DNA of 64,000 nucleotides from Octopus sinensis (taxonomy: Eukaryota), in assembly GCF_006345805.1 (NCBI RefSeq), contig NC_042997.1, positions 99,014,001-99,078,000 of the forward strand, given 5' to 3'. Shown piece after piece: positions 63,710 through 64,000 of this stretch (position 1 is the stretch's first letter; every line of letters starts with the position of its first letter). Made by a program: the position numbers and the translations under genes. The notes beneath the pieces were generated by a model. That model was given only the letters and a program-made list of their open reading frames with translations. It made no database searches and had not been told where the DNA came from.

Positions 63710-64000
63710 AGTACATCTTGACGTAAAATGTATGTAGCGCTTATCATAATGCTTTCCTTAGTTTGTGTGTTTGAGGGATGTCTTCGTCTTCTTTGTTTTG
63801 CATCATTTCCAAGGCACCTAGTAACATGGGCAATGCTTTTGTTTTCAATTCCCACATTTTATTTATCTTCATCTCTAGATCTTTTAGTTGGATAATTTCT
63901 CTATTTCTTTCAGAGTAATGCTTCTGTCTGTTGGAATTGGCATATCAATTAAGAGGCATAATACTGGTGTATGGGTCTTTGACAATATCAGGTAGCATTT
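63710..64000 (-). mobile_element. R4/Dong-like REL domain 3' fragment running off the window end
   Basis: PDIV...LIDM.IPTDRSITLKEIEK...KDLEMKINKMWELKTKALPMLLGALE. Confidence 0.75.

Overview
AT-rich, microsatellite-dense eukaryotic DNA. The SINE and LINE families look like those I recognise from octopus/coleoid cephalopod genomes (recall-based inference, no database search). No complete host gene, rRNA, tRNA or CRISPR array is visible, and most long six-frame ORFs are microsatellite translations. The window is mostly intergenic or intronic and contains: (i) DNA transposons (a Tc1 DD34E element with an uninterrupted transposase ORF and IR/DR ends at 42707-44335, a decayed full-length mariner, a decayed Chapaev3-like element, mariner MITEs); (ii) fragments of R4/Dong-like REL LINEs, an RTE LINE, a CR1-like LINE and tRNA-SINEs; (iii) Penelope-like elements (PLEs), including a 3.4-kb near-perfect fold-back palindrome. 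The most striking signal is a set of type I hammerhead ribozymes (HHR) from about five sequence-unrelated families. Two sit in ORF-less units of about 470-580 nt with retrozyme-like organisation. One is a circularly permuted, inverted dimer at 4719-5850 with a fully canonical HHR at 5469-5560; the other is an HHR between ~90-bp direct repeats at 29696-30261. Weak splice-signal evidence hints at a minus-strand host gene with tiny exons (60.4k, 26.8k, 18.8k), and there is a promoter-like CpG-rich island near 16.2k.
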